Shown here: in pieces, positions 27,276-42,099 of the stretch
Numbering within the stretch: position 1 is the first letter of the stretch
Layout of the letters: each line of letters opens with the position of its first letter
NCBI GenBank assembly: GCA_951406725.2
Contig: OX597819.1
Location: forward strand, 19,096,001-19,160,000
Direction: 5' to 3'
DNA from: Octopus vulgaris
Taxonomy: Eukaryota
Length of the DNA: 64,000 nucleotides
Notes under the pieces: model-generated
The model's database searches: none
What the model was told of the DNA's origin: nothing
The model's input: only the letters and a program-made list of their open reading frames with translations
Position numbers and translations under genes: made by a program

Positions 27276-27400
27276 CGGTCCCATCGCCTGATGCTGCTTT
27301 ATTTCTGACACCTAATTTATGGAATTGGATTTCTTCCAAGTAAATGTTCCAAGGCCGTGCTCCAACATGATTGTTGTGCAATGCCTGAAACTAGCAAAAG
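27078..27400 (+). mobile_element. Degenerate SINE, family 1
   Basis: Retains caaccatatggtttcggtttcagttcc, ggcaagtgtct.tactactatag, the internal (TG)n tract and gtgctccaacatg. Confidence 0.65.
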
Positions 27401-28412
27401 GTGAGTTGCTAACCGCAATCTGCCATTCAGCATTGATATCTATTCTACTTGATATTAGTTTTAATTCTCGAAGAATGTTTTGTGTGACCGTGTTCTTACG
27501 AATGTTTATACATCGCACTGGCTTATAATGTTGCAGTCGATAATGACGATACCTGGGATCTGCTGTTCTTCACGCAGCGTGACAGAAATGATTTTACGGC
27601 TGACGTGGGAGGAAGATTTGCGCTAGTAATCGAATGCCATTCACTTTGAATCGAATAGATCAAAGCAAAGCGAAGAAGTGTGTCATGGTCAGGGACACAA
27701 CTTGCTGACCGATGAAGAAATGGAAAATAAAAGTAAATAATATACCTTGGATAGTATTGACTTCACCTCTAACACTCCATAGATCGGTTACACAGTTTAG
27801 GTGAGTTATGGGTGATTTTAGTCACAAAAGGACCCTTGAGCAGAACACCAGTCCTTTACAGTGCTACTTGCAGTATTCTGGAGGGAAGCGAATTTAAATG
27901 AAGCGTTTAGATCAAACAATGCACCGCACGGCCAGGAATAAGAAACCGTGATCTTACTATCAAGGGAATGCGCTATCATCCAGGCCACTCACCTTCATTG
28001 AGGAATTGAACCTTTGACCTCTTGAGCGTGGAACCAACACGACCCATTGTCCATTAGGCCATGAACCTTTACACATCTACCCACACATGAATGTTTTATA
28101 TTTTATAATATCTAAAATTTTTATAAGAACAATGAGACGAACATAAGGAAAACGAAATATTTCGAAAATAAAATGAAGAAAGAAAAACATATAATTAGAA
28201 ATAATATTAAAACACACAAAAAAGTATTAATTACAATAAAATGAAATAAAATAAATACGACCAATTCCCAAACCTTGTGAGGTTATGAGAAAAGATTTCA
28301 TAGCGCCATTTATATTTCTTCGGAGAGTGGTTACAATTAAACGTTATTTTATCGTCCATTACGACTGGTTATTATGAAAGTGATCGATTAAATTAGCATC
28401 CACATCTAAATG

Positions 28413-28509
28413 CTTCTTCTTCTTCTTCTTCTTCTTCTTCTTCTTCTTCTTCTTCTTCTTCTTCTTCTTCTTCTTCTTCTTCTTCTTCTTCTTCTTCTTC
28501 TTCTTCTTC

Positions 28510-28545
<36 letters not shown>
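28413..28545. repeat. (CTT)n(AAT)n microsatellite
   Basis: Directly visible. Confidence 0.95.
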
Positions 28546-28648
28546 TTGTTATTGTTGTGGGGCATTATTGTCATCATTATTCCCGACAACATCGTTGCCG
28601 TCATCGTCATTATTGATTTTGCCATTAATATTATTAGTAATAAGTGAA

Positions 28649-28963
28649 GGCGCGTGGCTTAGTGGTTAGGGCATTCGGCTCATGATCGTAAGGTTGTGAG
28701 TTCGATTCCCGGCGACGCGTTGTGTCCTTGAGCAAGACACTTTATTTCACGTTGCTCCAGTCCACTCAGCTGGCAAAAATGAGTTGTACTTGTATTTCAA
28801 AGGGTCAGCCTTGTCACTCTCTGTGTCACACTGATTATCCCCGAGAACTACGTTAAGGGTACACGTGTCTGTGGAATGCTCAGCCATTTGCACGTTAATT
28901 TCACGAGCAAGCTGTTCCGTTGATCGTATCAGCTGGGACCCTCGTCGTCGTAACCGGCGGAGT
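28649..28963 (+). mobile_element. tRNA-derived SINE, family 2a (full length)
   Basis: tRNA-like head with A-box TGGCTTAGTGG and B-box GAGTTCGATTC, then a CORE-like gtgtccttgagcaagacactt motif. The tail is shared with 12899-13205 and 38893-39269. Confidence 0.9.
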
Positions 28964-29018
28964 CTTTTTTTTTTAATTAGTAATAATACAAAATCACCAA
29001 AAAGCAATAATAATGACA

Positions 29019-29231
29019 ATCCTTTCTACGATATGCACAAGGCCTGAAACTTTTTGAGGGGAGGGGCAATAGTCGATTACATCGATCCCTGTCCTGAACT
29101 GTTACTTACTCTATCGATCCCGAAAGGATAAAAGACAAACTCGGTGGAATTAGAGCTCAGAACGTGAGGACGAATAAAATGTCACTAGGCATATGGCCTG
29201 GCCTACTAAGAATTCTGCCTGTTCGCCGCCC
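29019..29231 (-). mobile_element. Degenerate SINE, family 3 (alternative tail)
   Basis: Contains agtcgattacatcga, cgaaaggat.aaagacaaa, ggaatt.ga.ctcagaacgt and ttcgccgcc, the reverse complement of the family-3 body and head. Confidence 0.7.
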
Positions 29232-29320
29232 TAATAATAAAACAGCACTGCTTGGAACCGCTCGAATACACCGGAAGGTGCTCGAAAAATAAGAAGAAAA
29301 AGATGAAGAAAATAATAATT

Positions 29321-29475
29321 AGAAGAAGAAGAAGAAGAAGAAGAAGAAGAAGAAGAAGAAGAAGAAGAAGAAGAAGAAGAAGAAGAAGAAGAAGAAGAAG
29401 AAGAAGAAGAAGAAGAAGAAGAAGAAGAAGAAGAAGAAGAAGAAGAAGAAAAAGAAAAAGAAGAAGAAGAAGAAA
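29321..29475. repeat. (AGA)n microsatellite
   Basis: Directly visible. Confidence 0.95.
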
Positions 29476-30658
29476 ACTACTGTTCCTGTATTAGTTTGGC
29501 GTTGGCTCTCATCCTTCATATTTACGCTGAACCATATATTTGACGAAATCTACGTCATTTATATAGATACCCACCCACATGTGTTCTTCAATGCTTTCGT
29601 CTGATTCAGTCGTATATCATTGGCGAATAGAATATTCGATTTGTATTGGTGTTGCTCTTGTTGTTATTAGCTATATGATCGGTGTTATATTTGCGGTTGT
29701 TGTCCTTGATCTTCTTGTCGTCGATATCATCAGCATCACTATCGTCATCAATCATGATAGAAATTATGAATAGATTAATTACAAAAGAAATATAATTAAT
29801 AATTAATCAGAAATTAATAATATGTAGTTCACTTTTAAGCCAAGTAAATCTCAATTAATTTGTTTAATTAGAATTAAACGGACATAAATTAAAATAACTA
29901 AATAAGGGAATCTCATTGTGCACATCAATTACCGATTTAGTAAACATTTCTTTCTGCTTTAGTTACAAGACCTAAAAGCAGAAGATATCCAACTTCAACG
30001 ACCCTAGTGATTCATCGCATCTTTATTTAACATGGAGAAGTCAACATAAGTAGATGTTGAAACTGGAAGAAATGCCATTTCTGTCCACGATTCTACTTAT
30101 TCACCGTGCTTCCGGTTTGTGAAATAAAATGATGAGTTGTGAGTAACTCTCGTTAGTATATCTATCCGCTAATTTCAACAGAAATCATTCAGCTGAGCTG
30201 GCTGCTCATTTTTACAGCAATATATATAATGTAACACATGCCCTCATGCATCTCTCTTACAGAGATATCGGTCCTCTACCACTGCATAGCCTAGAATACA
30301 ATTTCTATTCCAAAGGATATACAGATAATTATTGAAACATACGGTAAAGTCACAAGGCTTTGGGGATTGCTTCCTGCTAGCCCTCCGTTATGTCTTTAAT
30401 TCGTCTAATCATGAACTATTCCTCCAATACCCTTAGTCCTCTTACAGCAAAGCGATATCTATTTGTACTCATCAGGTTACAGGGGAAATATATAGCAGAC
30501 GTGCTTGATCGACGCAGAAACTAAACTACAGTACCTAGTCAGATGTTACCTAGGTTCTCATCTGCTGAACGCATTCCAAAATCCCTTTAGCATCATGATC
30601 ATCATGATCATCATGATCATCATCATCATCGTCATCGTCATCGTCATCGTCGTCGTAG

Positions 30659-30689
<31 letters not shown>

Positions 30690-31414
30690 TCTCAAGAACA
30701 CAAACGTTACATCACTTGGCCCACACATTTCGACTACGTGTGGCAGCGAATAGTCTTTGCTTGCTCAAAGTTCCACCTGCAGACCCTTGTCAACCATAGT
30801 CACCTGCTCAGTTAATTAACCAAACCTACGTCTTTTAGAAGCAATAAAAAAACTTTTCATAAACACTTCACATACCCGAATATATATATTTCAGACTTTT
30901 ACTTTATCTATACTTCAGACTTTTACAGCGACATTAGTTAATAATTTATAACCGACCATTTATTTTTTTCTGTATTAAGATTTATTGTAAATTTAGTTGG
31001 TAGAGATTACGTAACCATACAAGTTCTAACCTTCAATTATCTACGAAAACCGAGCGACATACAGACGTTTATTTTTTGTTTATTTTTGCGAAGGGAACTG
31101 AATATTATTCCTGCTAAATGTCACCATTCGTTTACGCAATCATTTCCAATTACATTCGTGCGTCCCCCCCACACACACACATACACACATGTGGCACAGC
31201 GAGGCCTAGGGATTACGATGCTCTTAAGTAAATCACTTCATCGCACCTGGCTCCAGTTTACATACCTATAGATGAGTAACCCTGCAATGTCGTGGCGTGC
31301 TGCCCGCCTTATCGGTCATATGGCATCCACTAAAAGCAAAAATAATGCCAAAAGCTTGACACTATGATATACGATGAATGCCTTTTTGCCTGTCTGTCTG
31401 TCTGTATTTGTGAA

Positions 31415-31650
31415 GAGTTTACGAAAAATGAACAAAACAAAAGACGAAGACAGGTGGTGTACAAAACAAACAGATGTATTAGTATAACGCTCAGGAATAG
31501 AAAACGTCTTTTACATTTCGAGCCTACGCTCTTCTACAGAAAGGGACAGAGAAAAGATCAAGGAGAGAAATAAGGAGGGAAAAAGAAAAAAAAATGTGTG
31601 TAGTGGCTACCGATCTATCATGGGGACTGACTGCCGGACAGTATATGTGC
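31415..31650 (-). mobile_element. PLE-type terminal-repeat fragment with variant hammerhead-like motif (31508-31543)
   Basis: Minus strand reads cttt-CTGTAGAA-gagc gtag gctc-GAAA-tg-TA-aaag. Homologous to 23700-23860. Confidence 0.65.
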
Positions 31651-31997
31651 ATAGGCATGCACAGAAGTATACATATTTATACAAACATACACATATTGGC
31701 AAGGATATTGCAAAAATGAGAACGTAAGGTCTGCTGTCCTGTCCATATTCGTCCGCAGTATATTCCGGCGCATATCAAGGATTTGAACGTCAGCTCAATA
31801 CATAGAAAAAAAAAAGTAAAGATTAGCATTCAGGTGATTAGGAATTGTTCTTCTTTCAAACATTACATCGCTTCTTGATTCGTATAGATTGCAACATTAC
31901 CCTAATATTATTAATTTGATTCAATAGTATTTAATTGTCCATTTCGCTAACATTACAATGGCCATCAACATCATCGCCACTCTTGTCATTCATATCT

Positions 31998-32000
<3 letters not shown>

Positions 32001-32080
<80 letters not shown>

Positions 32081-32081
32081 C

Positions 32082-32112
<31 letters not shown>

Positions 32113-32126
32113 CACAATCACCATCA

Positions 32127-32158
<32 letters not shown>

Positions 32159-32190
32159 GTTGTTGTTGTTGTTGTTGTTGTTGTTATTGT
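32001..32190. repeat. (TAT)n(TGT)n microsatellite
   Basis: Directly visible. Confidence 0.95.
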
Positions 32191-32885
32191 TAATGTGATT
32201 TATGATGATGCTGTTTTAGTGGGCGTTGTATTTGTTTCTGTGTGGTCCTTCGTTATTGTTGATGTTTGTTTTTTTTTTTATTTAATTTGTAGTTGTTACA
32301 TTTATTATCATCGTTCTATCTGTCAGTGTTGGGGGAAATTTCACGAGTAAAGAAAATTACAGTGTTTCGAATAATCATAAAATTCCGCATGTATTGTTTC
32401 TGACTAATGTTTAGCCTTATTCTTCTGATATTCATTTCTGTTTTTTTTTGTTATTTTTTTTTATTTTTCAAGTTTTTGTTAAGTATTTATTTATTTCGTA
32501 TTGTTTGTTTCATTTTTGCTTAATTTCCCCCCCCCAAAAAAAAAGAATATTTTGTGTGTTTTTATTAAGCCAGGCGAAATTGGTTGAACAACATTTTGAT
32601 ATTGTTGACTCTTTCTACTTCCATTGATCAGAGTGTCAATTTTATTAGTATAAATTGGAAGAGAAGAGCTAATAAAAGTCTTTAAAGTAGTTCTTGCTAG
32701 TTTGGGATAAAGTTGTTTACGGGGTCACGTTTTATGTTGGTTTCAAATAATCAACTTGAATAAATTACTAAATCGTTTCTATATTTATTACTTTTGCTTC
32801 TTTCGATCTACTCTGATTTGTTTTTTCAATTTTATATTGGCCAACAATATTAATAGAAATTTTTCTACGATTCAGTTTCAATTTA

Positions 32886-32921
32886 TTATTGTTACTATTA
32901 TTATTATCATTATTATTATTA

Positions 32922-33002
<81 letters not shown>

Positions 33003-33027
33003 TCATCATTATTATTATTATTATTAT
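32886..33027. repeat. (TAT)n microsatellite
   Basis: Directly visible. Confidence 0.95.
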
Positions 33028-33204
33028 CCATTGTTTTCCATTTAATTGTTTTCCCAATCTTGTCTTCCTTTCTTTGATACGGTTTCAATTATCTGTAGAT
33101 TCAAATAATTTTTTGTATTTAAAATGCACGGGAATGTAGGAAACCTCCACGATTGCATACACTGCGTGTATGGTATGTATGCAACAAAAAGTATAGTATA
33201 TATT

Positions 33205-33244
<40 letters not shown>

Positions 33245-33326
33245 CGTATATACACACACATATATATATGTGCATATATATTTACATATATATATATATA
33301 CACATATGTGCATATATATATATATA

Positions 33327-33533
33327 TTGTGTTGTCCGGAAGGTTTGTGTCGATTTATACTAGCTTACCTTTATTTTAGAATATGGTGAAGTCCATAAAA
33401 TAGGATTTGACTACACCTCCATTTAGAGCACAGTTATTCAGGCTCCTGCAGAATTGTCTTGATGGTAAAAAATTAAATTTATTGACTTTTTACGTTCCTT
33501 TAAAAATAGGCACGAACTTTCCGGGCAACCCAA
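33327..33533 (+). mobile_element. Mariner-type MITE (207 bp, internal-deletion derivative)
   Basis: TA|ttgtgttgtccggaaggtttgtgtcgattt ... aaataggcacgaactttccgggcaacccaa|TA gives imperfect ~30-bp TIRs. The internal peptide [14 protein letters not shown] resembles mariner HLFRSLQN.L.GKKF. Confidence 0.8.
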
Positions 33534-33567
33534 TACATATACATACATATATATGTATATATATAAT

Positions 33568-33651
<84 letters not shown>

Positions 33652-36074
33652 TACATGTTTGTTTTTAAAAATGAAACAAATGGCACTTGAAATTTACCAC
33701 AGCTGTGTCGGTAGAAATTCATCACAGATTACACCAGACCAAATAATCCACCATTATCATGTAAAATTTCAAGGGGGCGAGATATTTTACGATCACCATA
33801 ATGAATCCAGCGTCAGTATGCATGTATGTGTGTACGTATTTATGTACGCACATACACACACATATGCATATGTACATCCACATACACGCACATATTTATT
33901 CATTTATTTATTTATTCATATATGTATTTTGTCATGTACGTATGAAATAAAGAATTCCGGCTGAACAAAACTGAAAAGACAATTTTGATCGTGGTGTAGC
34001 TGCCTCGACTGAGCGATTCTTGATTGAGCGAATAGTTATTAAAAATGATATCTCAAATATAAATCCGTCTTATTTCAAGCTGCATCTAGAACTACGTTTT
34101 CGACTGTATATTTCCTTTCAGTTGGCCAAGTGAGGCTTGATCTAGATTTATAAACATATTGTGTTCAAAGCAGCTAATTATTACGCCTTTAGCGCTACTA
34201 ACTCAAGCCTCATCCAGCCTTCAACAAGTCACTTGGAGACACATTTTTATCCTCTTTCGTCCTTTATTCGTCTTTTACATGTTTCATTCGTGAAAGAGTG
34301 ACCATGCTGGGGCACAACATGATTTTACTTGATCGAATCGATCGTCATACTTACATTCGTCTAAGCGTGATATATATGCAACCATGTCTCTTCTGTTGAA
34401 ACCTTAGGTTACGGGGATGTAATCTCACCAACAGCAGTTGCCCGCCGGTCGCCGGGAGACAGCCAGAGGAACAATGGTATACACCCACACTCACAAACAC
34501 ACACTCACACAGACACGCATAGATAGATATGCATATACGTGTGGGTGTAAGTACATATACGTAAATACATGTGTATATATATTTGTGTGTGTGTGTCTGT
34601 GCCTCTGTATGTATTGATATATGTATAAGTGTGTGCATATATACATATATATATATGTATATGTATAAGTGTGTGCATATATACAAATATATGCATGCAT
34701 AAATACACATATATATGCATAGATAAATACATACATGTATACATGCATATACATACACATGTACTTAAGTATATATATCAATAAATTTACTAATTGATCT
34801 ATATTCAGCGAAATCACTTCCATATATTTTTATCACTGCACCCTATCTTTACGTGGCAAGTTTTCTCTAAGTATGAAAGCAATTCGTTGAAGATTTTTGT
34901 GTCATGTATTTCCATATACATAATTTCATGTATTTATTTATTTACATCGTGTGTCTGCAACTGCCATCATTGGTTCAAATTGAACGCTACATAGGATATT
35001 TTGGTCCATCCACAAACACATCGTGTTGCTATTCACTTGGGAACTCTACCAACAGATGTGACAAGACACAGTTAAATGCAAGCATATCGCAGTATATTTT
35101 GCTCTCTCATTTTGATGGCAGATTTGTCGCTTCCGTCACCACTTGCAAAAAACTCCGACACACACCGACACTTGCATACCAGAGGTGAACATCACCATAC
35201 ATGGACCATATAGCACCAATCTTAGAACAGTTTAAACGTGGCCATAATAATATCTTCTATCTATATCTTCAATCTTTATTGACTGCCGTACGTTCACCAT
35301 TTTAAGTTTTATGTCGTTTGATCTATAATTTATGTTACCATGAATGCTTATTTTACTTATTGTTACCGTTTCTTATAAATAATCCGGATTATCGTTGTTC
35401 TTGTTGACATTAGAGCAGTTATGTTTGTTGTTTCTATTTACAATGTTTAACCCTCAGGTCAACGTTGAATAGGCAGACCTGATCAAAGCAACCCATCCAG
35501 CACATTCTTATTTTCATTTGTTTCTATTTTTACAGAAACACTTGGTATACCCCTGTATATGATCACGTGAAGACTGTGAGTTGTAGCTTGAGGGAGAATT
35601 TCAGTATTATATTTAATAATTCAATCGACCTGGAGAAAGGGATTCCTTGTTGTCAGTGTTGTTACTCTTTATACTATTGATATTATTTGCGTCGTTGTAC
35701 TTGATGACTCTTCTTGTCTTCTCCATCATTCGACGAGGACTCATGAATATTTAAACTATAGAATTCAGAGCAAAAAAAGAAAACAAAACAGAACAAATAA
35801 GAGGAGGGAAAACAAAAATTCAATTACAGACTCCTTAATATGTTGTTGTTCGTTTGTGTTTTCAGTTTCCGTTTGGCCTTTTAGCGTGAGACGACATGGG
35901 GTCTGCGTCAATACAAAAGTATGTGTGTATGTATATGAGTGTGTGTGGGTGTATGTGTGATTGTATGTATATATATATATATATATATATATACACGTGT
36001 GTGTGTGTCACTGATCGCACGTGCATGCTCGTGACACTGTTTGTGTCTTTGTGTGTGTGTGTGTGTGTGTTTGC

Positions 36075-36847
36075 ATAGTTCAAATTTACAGAAAAGAAAA
36101 GACCAAGAAAAATATAGGAGCAAAAATTAAGTATTTTAAGTTTAACGCTCGGGGAAAATGGAAAAGCATTTAACGTTTCGAGCAAATGCTCTTCTACAGA
36201 AAGGGTTAAGGGGACAATATGGAGAGAGAATGACAAAGAAATGGAGAGAGTAAAACTGTTCAGAGTTCAACAGACCAGTATATTTAAGTCTATGTCTAGT
36301 CATAAAGTGAGCAATGGTTTCGCATTTCAAAGAGCGTACCTCCATCAACGTTCTATCAGACCTGAAAGCTGAAGACAATTGTAACTCTTCACCTGTGGGA
36401 GGCAGGACTCTGTTACGGCCATTTGGTCAGTTTGTCACCCACTAGTCTGGGTCAGTGAGGACGGGTTATATAGCTTAGGCCAGATACTGTCGGCCAAAAG
36501 AGGATGGAACGAGGCATATATCCCTTGGGTTGCCTTCCGGGTCAATCGCAAAACGGGGAATCCCATACTCGCACCAGGTAGCGTTTGAGATGGATGCAAG
36601 TATCCAGTGATTCAGGGAGTCGTTGAGTATCATTGCTCGCTCGGTTGTACAAAGCTTGCAGCGTTCGCTCCTGTTAATATGGGGATCCGATCGCTCCAAT
36701 ATGCTATACTTGATATCATATAGGGTCCCTTCATCTTTGAGGATCCACACGTGGAGAGTATGAGATGTAAAGAATGGTTTTTCCGGAATCTTGAACGACG
36801 ATGTGTTGTACAGGCGTCACATGAAGGCTGTCCCAGCTGACACAATT

Positions 36848-36850
<3 letters not shown>
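36075..36850 (-). mobile_element. 3' end of a Penelope-like retroelement (Naiad-type), 5'-truncated, between microsatellites
   Basis: A GIY-YIG endonuclease remnant is followed on the same strand by non-coding sequence carrying the variant hammerhead-like motif (36168-36203). Flanks are (TA)n and (TG)n. Confidence 0.7.
36625..36838 (-). pseudogene. PLE GIY-YIG endonuclease C-terminal remnant
   Basis: One frame reads AGTAFM*RLYNTSSFKIPEK...HVWILKDEGTLYDIKYSILERSDPHINRSERCKLCTTERAMIL. This matches the F..R..NH..SF...IW.LK....Y.I.WSIL....C.LC..EK pattern of PLE endonucleases. Confidence 0.75.
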
Positions 36851-36886
<36 letters not shown>

Positions 36887-37275
36887 TACAACAAGATATA
36901 TTTGAGAAAAGTATGACACGAATCGTTTGAACAGGAATTTTCGTATTCTGTGGGTTTACTTATAAATTCCCAAATCCGAATATATATATAAACGCAGACA
37001 CATATGCACACATTTCACACAACAGAGTGACACACAGAGACGCAAAAATAATTATATCATATGTCAATAGAACTTTAACGATAAGATTCATCTTTTCTTA
37101 ATCATGTGTCAACTTTGAAGAAAATTTTAACTTTAAGATTATTTGCACATATTCACATAATCTAGAGGTGGAGATAATTTCAAGAAAATAAAGAACATAT
37201 GTTGCATGGTATTTGATATATCTGTACTTGTATATATATATATATGTGTGTGTGTGTGTGATTGTGTGAGTGTGT

Positions 37276-37315
<40 letters not shown>

Positions 37316-37362
37316 GCTGACAAACAGCCAGACAGAGAAAGATAGAGAGAAACAAAGATATA

Positions 37363-37394
<32 letters not shown>

Positions 37395-37554
37395 CACATG
37401 CACTGACATATACACGTAAGTGGATATTATATGAAACCCTTCATTGCATCAACATTATATTTGTACTAAGTCTAATAATCTTTTATACGATCACTCCGTA
37501 GGATATCTTAGAGTATTATATGTCTAGACAAAGGATATTTCTATCGCTTAAGTG

Positions 37555-37588
37555 ATATATATATATATATATATATATATAGTATATA

Positions 37589-37622
<34 letters not shown>

Positions 37623-37642
37623 AGTATATATATATGTATGTA

Positions 37643-37730
<88 letters not shown>

Positions 37731-37735
37731 TATAT
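37555..37735. repeat. (TA)n microsatellite
   Basis: Directly visible. Confidence 0.95.
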
Positions 37736-38892
37736 GTGTGTGTGTATACATATACTTACACACGCACACATATTTATATATAGCAAAATGGATATGAATA
37801 TATTTAAATAGATATATTGCTATCCATATAAACGAATATATATATATGTATATATATACATATATATATATATATATAGTTCAATCTTTCTATTTTATTT
37901 TATCACAATAAGGTGAGCATCCTTGAATCGCTATAATTTTAATGACACTAGTTTTAGAATTATACGCACAATCTATCTTATGGCGAGTAACACTTTTATC
38001 TCCTTTTCTATTAGTGTCCCCTGTCGTTCATATTCCAGCCACTATAGTCAAACCTTTAGTAGCCTTACTGGTGTCCACTTTTGTTGATTCACATAATCTC
38101 CCATTGCTCATTTTAATATTGCCACTTGATATTAGATTCTTTTAGTGGAATCCTAAACCCTCCATGAATCCTCGAAATGTCTCCCATCTCAGAGGAGGCT
38201 CGCAAACTCCAGAAATCGAGGTTCTGACCATGGGAATGGGAGTAGTCCTTTGAAGAGCTAAAACGTTCAAAATATTCATAAGCTCACCTGCATTTTCCCA
38301 TGTAGTATTGCTTGATTCAAATGTCATATATACACGTGCTCATCCATTTGTTGTTGTGGGGAAAATATTGAATTGTCAGATAAATTCTTTCGTCTTTCTC
38401 CCTTTCATAATAAATGGTAAGCCCAAGCGAAAAACATGATCTGTATGGAGAAAGCTTATGCCAAACCCGTGAACATAGCCGCGACTACTGGCAACAAATA
38501 ATTATAATTGTAATCGTCCATGTGTTTTATTCCTTTCCAATTTTATTTTAATTAACACGAAAAATATATTTATAGAAGTGTTTCTTGGTATTATATTATA
38601 TTATTTATTTGTTAGAAAAACTATCTTTACTCGACAAAATTTGTTTATCATTTTTAAAAGTTGAGAAAATTTTTATCTCTTTCCAGACATATGGCGCTAG
38701 AGTGCCATAAAGGGAAAAACAAATGAATTCATCTTACCGAATTGCTGACAGCTGAAATTTTTCACAGAAGCCATCTTCATTAAAAACAAGTAAAAGTTAG
38801 TTAAGGTAGTTTTAAAATATTTAACGTTTCAATCACAAAGGCCGTCCACATACAAATAGGTAGAACAGTGAGTTACACAGTGACACATAGGA

Positions 38893-39269
38893 GCACTCCG
38901 CCGGTTGCGACGATGAGGGTCCCAGCTGATACGATCAACGGAACAGCTTGCTCGTGATATTAACGTGCAAGTGGCTGAGTACTCCACAGACACGTGTACC
39001 CTTAACGTAGTTCTCGAGGAGATTCAGTGTGACACAGAGTGTGACAAGGCTGGCCCTTTGAAATACAGGTACAAGAGAAACAGGAAGAAAGAGCGAGAGA
39101 AAGTTGTGGTGAAAGAGTACAGCAAGATTCACCATCACCCCCTGCCGGAGCCTCGTGGAGCTTTAGGTGTTTTCACTCAATAAACACTCACAATGCCCTG
39201 CCTGGGAATCGAAACCGCGATCCTCCGACCGCGAGTCCGCTGCCCTAACCACTGCGCCATTGCACCGCC
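38893..39269 (-). mobile_element. tRNA-derived SINE, family 2b (full length)
   Basis: Minus-strand head ggcggtgcaaTGGCGCAGTGGttagggcagcggactcgcggtcggaggatcgcGGTTTCGATTCCc carries A and B boxes. The tail is shared with family 2a. Confidence 0.9.
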
Positions 39270-40072
39270 ACACACAGTGACACAATATATATTTCAATAC
39301 CCAAAACTACCAGGATGTGAAACAAGAAAAACCTCACCTCATTTACAATTAGATTACTGAATGTTTCCATAGCAGATTCACTCCATGTATCAAACATGCA
39401 CACCATCGGAGAAATGTTAACGAGTGGTAACCTATGCATTCAGTCGATATTCTACAAACGAATGAAAGAATTTCAAAACTTATCGCCAAGGAAAAATACC
39501 TACAAAGACAGAGAAAACAGGTTGGATTGTGTCCTTGTTCAAATGCCATTCATCAAAGAGAGTTTCACTGAAACAAGGATTGTCGGAGCTTATCAAACAT
39601 TCTAAAATAGAACATTTAAAAGCTATTTGTAATCAATTAATAGAACTGGTTGTAACCCACAAGCGAATTTTGCTTCAAATCGGGTAGCAGAAACAGTGGA
39701 ATGTAACGTCGAACGAACTGAAAAAGAACGTTTGCCTTAAATTCTGGAAGGATTTTCATCAAATGCCAGCTGAATTAAAGGTAACGTTGGTTAAAAAAAA
39801 CAAAAAACAACGTAGGTTTTTCACCCAATAGTTAATTGATATTTGACAGCTATTTATGACAATAAAAAAGTAGTCTTTTCACTTATCTATCATGTGGTGT
39901 GAACATAACTGACATTCGTTGTTTTGCTTACACAGTTCAATGTTCTATAGGTTTTTTCTACTGAAATTTATTCAATGTCTTACATTTAAACAAAGCAGTA
40001 CAGAATTGTTTATTTTGGGCTAGAGATCATTATATATACACAAACACACAACACACACACACACATAGACAC

Positions 40073-40130
<58 letters not shown>

Positions 40131-40217
40131 GTATGTATATACATCGATATAAACTCTCCACTCTCACGAATATATACATGAGGACGCACACACAAATACA
40201 TGGATACACATACACAT

Positions 40218-40277
<60 letters not shown>

Positions 40278-40282
40278 GAATA

Positions 40283-40327
<45 letters not shown>

Positions 40328-40957
40328 ATATGAGCTTCTGTGATGTTATACAAAGACTGTCGTACACATATTCTTAAATATTAAAACGCACGCAAACGCA
40401 AACATGTGAAGCGTTCTTATTTCAATACATATATAAATCTTATAATCTCCATGGCAACAGAATTCTCAGTAAATTTTAACTATTTACATGCTAAATAAGG
40501 CGAATCATTTACTTTGATTTTTCTAGCATCAGGACACAACAAACAGATCAACACAGTTATAATGGAGGGAAGGTTGCCAAAGAAAAGTAATTATTTGTTC
40601 TGTGAAGTTTATCTAAATTCCTTATAACGATTTCAAAGTGTTAAGTTGATTGGAAACGCAACCCTGCTTTCTGAAATAATGGTGATGTTTTTCATTTTTG
40701 ATATCTGTTTCTTTCAGCCTTTAAAGTTTACTGGTTTGTTTTCTTATATATTATAAGTGGGGAAACAAACATACACAAATAAATACTTATTTAAGATTAG
40801 GAAACAGACTAAGTTTCACAAACTTGTGTTATAGTTGTATAATAGTTTTGCCGTTAATCAATTTTATAACTGGTACTTCTTTAACTTATACCATCATCGT
40901 TGCATTCAAACATGAATACAACACTTTCTGCTGTCAGTTTGGCTATATTTATATATT

Positions 40958-41100
40958 AGAGTAAGCACATGAATGCGAAACAAGGTAGAAAAATAGTACT
41001 CGAATACCACAGGTAGAGTGATATGGTTTATCAAAAAGCTCCAAAAATAACACTAAAACTGTTAGACAGAGTTTCACTTTCCCGTTCGTCGGACAATTTT
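40958..41100 (-). mobile_element. Dispersed repeat (probable PLE pLTR fragment) with hammerhead-like motif at 41055-41100
   Basis: Minus strand reads aaaattgt-CCGACGA-acg ggaa agt-GAAA-ctctgtc-TA-acagtttt. Homologous to 14875-15021. Confidence 0.55.
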
Positions 41101-41152
41101 GTTGTTGTTGGTTGTTGTTGTTGTTGTTGTTCGTCTTCTTCTTCTTCTTCTT

Positions 41153-41975
<823 letters not shown>

Positions 41976-41981
41976 CATTAA

Positions 41982-42015
<34 letters not shown>

Positions 42016-42043
42016 ATTATTATTATTATTATTATTATTAATA

Positions 42044-42096
<53 letters not shown>

Positions 42097-42099
42097 CAA

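Noticed and set aside
28649-28715. tRNA gene
   Set aside because: It has A/B boxes but no complete acceptor stem and continues into a multi-copy SINE body. The same holds for 39200-39269.
36817-36822. In-frame TGA in the PLE endonuclease as selenocysteine (some Naiad PLEs encode Sec)
   Set aside because: The codon falls at a basic-residue position (F..R), not a Cys position, in a decayed copy, so it is most simply a nonsense mutation.
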